64,000 nt of DNA from assembly GCA_038065395.1 (NCBI GenBank), contig JBBTRB010000002.1:50647-114646 (forward strand). The letters run 5' to 3'. Of this stretch, positions 60,777 to 64,000 are shown one piece after another. How positions within the stretch are numbered: the stretch's first letter is position 1; every line of letters starts with the position of its first letter. Under the pieces are notes generated by a model. The model was not told the origin of the DNA and searched no databases. It saw nothing but the letters and a program-made list of their open reading frames with translations. Source of the stretch: Patescibacteria group bacterium (GTDB lineage Bacteria > Patescibacteriota > Minisyncoccia > Phycocordibacterales > PALSA-1337). A program made the translations under genes and the position numbers.

Positions 60777-61601
60777 TTATTCATGATTGATTTTTTCGAT
60801 GATATTCTTAATGTATTCTTCTTGATTAACTTTCCTTCCATATCCTCGCGCAAGATCAAAAAGTTCCTTCAGAAAATGAAGCATGTCTTTATTCTTTATC
60901 TCCAAAGCAACTTCGTCCTTCCAATTGATAAGAAAGGCCACATCTCTGAACATCATCAATTCAGTTTCCGCATTTAAATACTCGTTCGATACGAATACCA
61001 TGTCGGTAGTACGACCGATGAAGCTTTTCAGAATCTCCTCTTTTTGAACAGGATCCTTCACAAGCGAGGTGAGTGTCGGATAGTAGTCCTCCCGAAGCAG
61101 ACCTTCCACGATAATCTTATTATTGCGAATACTGTCTTGTATCGGCTGAAGATTCTTCCAAGAAATGCCCCTGAGAACATTTTTTAATGAAGCTGTTGGC
61201 TGAATACCGATCAACCTCTCATCCTTGTGACCCTGGGCAATTCTTTCAAAAATAGAAAAAAGGCTCGGTAGACCACGCAAAACTGCAAAGCCTGTTGAAT
61301 CATCGTGAGTTATTTCGACTCGCTCTTCTGAGTCATGTGCCAGCTTTGCAGTAGAAATAAGTATATCCGATAGCTCTTTGTCTGATATTCGAAGCCAAAA
61401 CCGTCTTTTCCCCTTTATTTTTGAATAGATGATACCTCGGGACTTGAGGGCAGCTAATGCCAAATAGGCACTCATCCGTGGTATTTTGGCCTTTTTTGAA
61501 GTGTCGCTTACAGAAAATGGCTCTTTGGTGTCTAAGACAGTAAAAATTTTCTCTTCATGAGAAGTTAGATTTAAGAGCTTTGATATGTTTTCCATGACCA
61601 A
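60777..61601 (-). CDS. TrmB-like HTH transcriptional regulator
   Basis: N-terminal LNLTSHEEKIF...SKKAKIPRMSAYLALAALKSRGII; C-terminal effector-like domain. Confidence 0.8.
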   Translation of the reverse strand: MVMENISKLLNLTSHEEKIFTVLDTKEPFSVSDTSKKAKIPRMSAYLALAALKSRGIIYSKIKGKRRFWLRISDKELSDILISTAKLAHDSEERVEITHDDSTGFAVLRGLPSLFSIFERIAQGHKDERLIGIQPTASLKNVLRGISWKNLQPIQDSIRNNKIIVEGLLREDYYPTLTSLVKDPVQKEEILKSFIGRTTDMVFVSNEYLNAETELMMFRDVAFLINWKDEVALEIKNKDMLHFLKELFDLARGYGRKVNQEEYIKNIIEKINHE

Positions 61602-61749
61602 ATCATATCAAATGACAATAAAACTAGCAAACTGTATGTACGTAATATGGCTCTATATAATAATAAAATAGATAAAATGTAGCTTTGAGTGAAAAAAGTA
61701 TTTAAATATTTCTTTATAACATATTCTTTGATCAGTAAAGATCTTTACA

Positions 61750-62709
61750 ATGAAACCAATAGAAAAATGGCTCAACCAAAGCCTCACCAAAATAGAACCA
61801 ATGCGAATCATCGCTACCACAGAAGCTCGGTGTAACCTTGCCTGTGAACATTGCTACTGGGCTCATGATATGAGTTCGGCACCAATAAGCGACTGGCGAC
61901 CAGCGGCCAGGAAAATTGCTAACCTCGGTGTGCCTGTATTTTTTGCAGGCCGAATCCTCACTCCAAATGGAGCTTTCTTCCTGAAACACTGTATTAGTGA
62001 AGGGATCAAAGAGATTGGTATTGTCGATAATGGCTATACCATTCTCACCGAACCAAATCTACTTCCCCACTACACATCTATCAACATTTCCATTGATGGT
62101 TGGCGTGAAAAGCACGACCAACAAAGAGGAAAAGTCGGCGCCTTTGACAAGGCATGGTCTACCGTGATGGAACTCAAAAAACAAGGATACGACCCTATCA
62201 TCTCCTCTGCATTGTCTCCAATCACACTCAATGAGTGGGAAAGGTTCGAAAACCTTCTTGCAGAAAATGATGTACCAGTCAGTTCCACTTTGGTCTGGGC
62301 ACTACCCAACACCGCAAAGCGCGGCACGGCAGTCTTTGCCGAAAAGGAAATGTGTGTAGCTTTCGAGAAACTCATGGGAGGTATTCCAAAGCTCATTAAC
62401 ATTTACTCATTCGAGCATGCGCAAACACTCTGGCCAATCTTGTCACAGCTTCACTGGAACCTGGATACAGAGTTTGGTGATTGCTTGACCGCAACACTCT
62501 CTTCTGGAGTCACTATTGTATATCGTCCCGCGAGCCTGGTATCTGTTTTCGAACTTTCTTTGCAGTGGGATGGGGTTTTCTACACCCCGTTTACCTATGG
62601 CAAAGGCGTACCCGAAGACGAAGTCGACACCTCTTATCTTGAATGGGCACGTAAAACAAACACAACAGAACTTGAATTGTGGTCGTCCATTCTGAAAGGA
62701 GGTGATTAA
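61750..62709 (+). CDS. Radical SAM enzyme, putative peptide maturase
   Basis: CNLACEHC (CxxxCxxC), DNG, INISIDG, HDQQRGKVGAF; no Cys-rich SPASM tail. Confidence 0.9.
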   Translation: MKPIEKWLNQSLTKIEPMRIIATTEARCNLACEHCYWAHDMSSAPISDWRPAARKIANLGVPVFFAGRILTPNGAFFLKHCISEGIKEIGIVDNGYTILTEPNLLPHYTSINISIDGWREKHDQQRGKVGAFDKAWSTVMELKKQGYDPIISSALSPITLNEWERFENLLAENDVPVSSTLVWALPNTAKRGTAVFAEKEMCVAFEKLMGGIPKLINIYSFEHAQTLWPILSQLHWNLDTEFGDCLTATLSSGVTIVYRPASLVSVFELSLQWDGVFYTPFTYGKGVPEDEVDTSYLEWARKTNTTELELWSSILKGGD

Positions 62710-62710
62710 T

Positions 62711-62776
62711 ATGCCCGTCATTGCAGGATCCAAAGGACGCAAAACACCGCGTCCGAAACAGAAAGGTGGTGATTAG
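62711..62776 (+). CDS. Putative precursor peptide 1, MPVIAGSKGRKTPRPKQKGGD
   Basis: AAAGGAGGTGAT SD site directly upstream; paralog of the next ORF. Confidence 0.8.
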   Translation: MPVIAGSKGRKTPRPKQKGGD

Positions 62777-62777
62777 T

Positions 62778-62837
62778 ATGGCAGTTATTGCCGGATCGAA
62801 GGGGCGCAAGGCTCCTCGTCCAAAACGTAAGAGTTAG
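62778..62837 (+). CDS. Putative precursor peptide 2, MAVIAGSKGRKAPRPKRKS
   Basis: AAAGGTGGTGAT SD site; 15 of 19 residues identical to peptide 1, 9 of them with synonymous codon changes. Confidence 0.8.
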   Translation: MAVIAGSKGRKAPRPKRKS

Positions 62838-62843
62838 TAACAC

Positions 62844-62875
62844 ACCGGCTTCCACAAGGAGGCCGGTCTTTTTAT
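62844..62875 (+). terminator. Intrinsic terminator closing the rSAM-peptide operon
   Basis: ACCGGCTTCC-ACAA-GGAGGCCGGT followed by CTTTTTA. Confidence 0.8.
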
Positions 62876-63164
62876 TTCAATGCTATTGTGCCTAGGACAG
62901 ACCTGAGCTACCATAACGCTAGACATCCTATATATATTATTATATGATGCTAATGTTAGTAATTTTAATTTTGATTCACTTTACGGAAGTTACGATATCG
63001 AACATATGACCACTTTACTCATTCAGCCTTACATCCTCGACATTCCCGCTCCGACAGCAATTCCCCTTTCATTTCCTGACTATTCCCCCATTCCCCTGCC
63101 AAGGCAAGTAAAACCTCATACGTCTCTTTCGCCCTAAATTCCGAGAAGCGGATCCATTCCGCAT

Positions 63165-64000
63165 ATGTCCCTCAAATTAGTAGCCCTATTCCTCTCGATA
63201 GCAGGACTCGCCGGTATTACCATCGGGTATTATTTGCGCTTGATCATTTCCTTGGGCAAAAAAGGCTCAATGGAGATCGAGATCAAAGAAATGCTCCTTG
63301 CCGCCAAAGAAGAGGCCAAGAAGATCACTGTCGACGCCGAAGATCGTGCCACCAAAGCCAAAGACAACGCCCGCCAAGAGATCAAAGAGAGAGAGGACAA
63401 GATCCGTCATACCGAAGAACGCCTGATCAAGAAAGAAGACTTGCTCGACCGACGCCAGTCCGATATCGACAAAGAAGTCGAAATGATCAAGCAAAAGGTC
63501 CAAGAGATCAAGACAATCCGCGAAAAGTCCGAGCAGCTCGAGACCAAACGTCAGCAAGAACTCGAGAGGATCGCTCGTTTGTCCTCCGATGAGGCCAAAC
63601 AAGAGCTTTTTGCATTCATTGAGAAGAAACATGGTGAAGACATGCTCGTCCGTATCAATAAGCTCGAAAGTCAGGGTGAAGAGATGCTCGATCGCAAAGC
63701 ACGAGATATCTTGGCCGTATCGATCCAGCGTCTGGCTTCATCAGTAGCATCCGACGCCATGTCGACCACCGTCGAGATCCCGAGTGACGATGTCAAAGGC
63801 AAGATCATCGGCAAAGAAGGCCGCAATATCAAGGCTTTCGAACGCATGAGTGGTGTAGAAGTCATGGTTGACGATACTCCAGGTGCCATCACTATCTCAT
63901 CATTCGACCCTGTTCGACGTCATATTGCAGCTACAGCGCTCCGAGAACTGATCAAGGACGGCCGTATTCAGCCTGCCAAGATCGAACAAACCATCGAAAA
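63165..64000 (+). CDS. rny: Ribonuclease Y (5' part, runs off the window)
   Basis: Translated by hand: N-terminal TM, coiled coil, KH domain KGKIIGKEGRNIKAFE...DDTPG...SSFDPVRR. Confidence 0.93.
   Translation, partial: MSLKLVALFLSIAGLAGITIGYYLRLIISLGKKGSMEIEIKEMLLAAKEEAKKITVDAEDRATKAKDNARQEIKEREDKIRHTEERLIKKEDLLDRRQSDIDKEVEMIKQKVQEIKTIREKSEQLETKRQQELERIARLSSDEAKQELFAFIEKKHGEDMLVRINKLESQGEEMLDRKARDILAVSIQRLASSVASDAMSTTVEIPSDDVKGKIIGKEGRNIKAFERMSGVEVMVDDTPGAITISSFDPVRRHIAATALRELIKDGRIQPAKIEQTIE

Noticed and set aside
62695-62776. Shared C-terminal KGGD of the rSAM enzyme and peptide 1 as a protein motif
   Set aside because: Explained by the overlapping SD sequence AAAGGWGGTGAT for the next gene
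62443-62809. Minus-strand ORFs starting MRPLDPAMT and MRPFDPAIT
   Set aside because: Antisense echo of the duplicated peptide genes; SD sites, synonymous changes and the terminator all favour the plus strand
63267-63892. Minus-strand ORFs at the window end
   Set aside because: Antisense to rny, which the ORF track missed because it has no stop in the window
1-64000. Alternative genetic code 25 (UGA=Gly)
   Set aside because: Conserved genes are intact under code 11 and several plausibly end in TGA

Overview
This looks like chromosome from a small-genome Patescibacteria/CPR organism, probably Parcubacteria. That placement is inferred from gene style: ribosomal proteins with extensions, a trigger factor without its FKBP domain, a split ComEC, type IV pilus genes and an H+-PPase; genetic code 11 is used. 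The core is a minus-strand str-S10-spc ribosomal cluster (rpsL to rplE), interrupted by three insertions and ending after rplE. Housekeeping genes include ABC-F, ECF sigma/anti-sigma, rpmB, sod, comEC, rnhA, recJ, pgk, tpiA, pilB/pilC with minor pilins, nusA, hppA, tig, rsmE, clpP and the 5' part of rny. No rRNA, tRNA or CRISPR array was recognised. The best candidate for a new system is at 60.8-62.9 kb: a TrmB-like regulator divergent from a radical SAM enzyme with no SPASM domain. The enzyme is followed by two unannotated 21- and 19-aa Lys/Arg/Pro-rich paralogous peptides with strong SD sites and mostly synonymous divergence, then a terminator, suggesting a minimal RiPP cluster. The second is a 27-bp upstream motif at an identical distance (motif-N21-TAKGCT-N6-ATG) before both halves of comEC and an orphan nuclease-like gene, suggesting a competence regulon. 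Other observations are four-helix-bundle genes bracketed by inverted repeats, two dispersed REP-like families, several candidate structured RNAs and small ORFs, and a non-canonical EF-Tu switch I.
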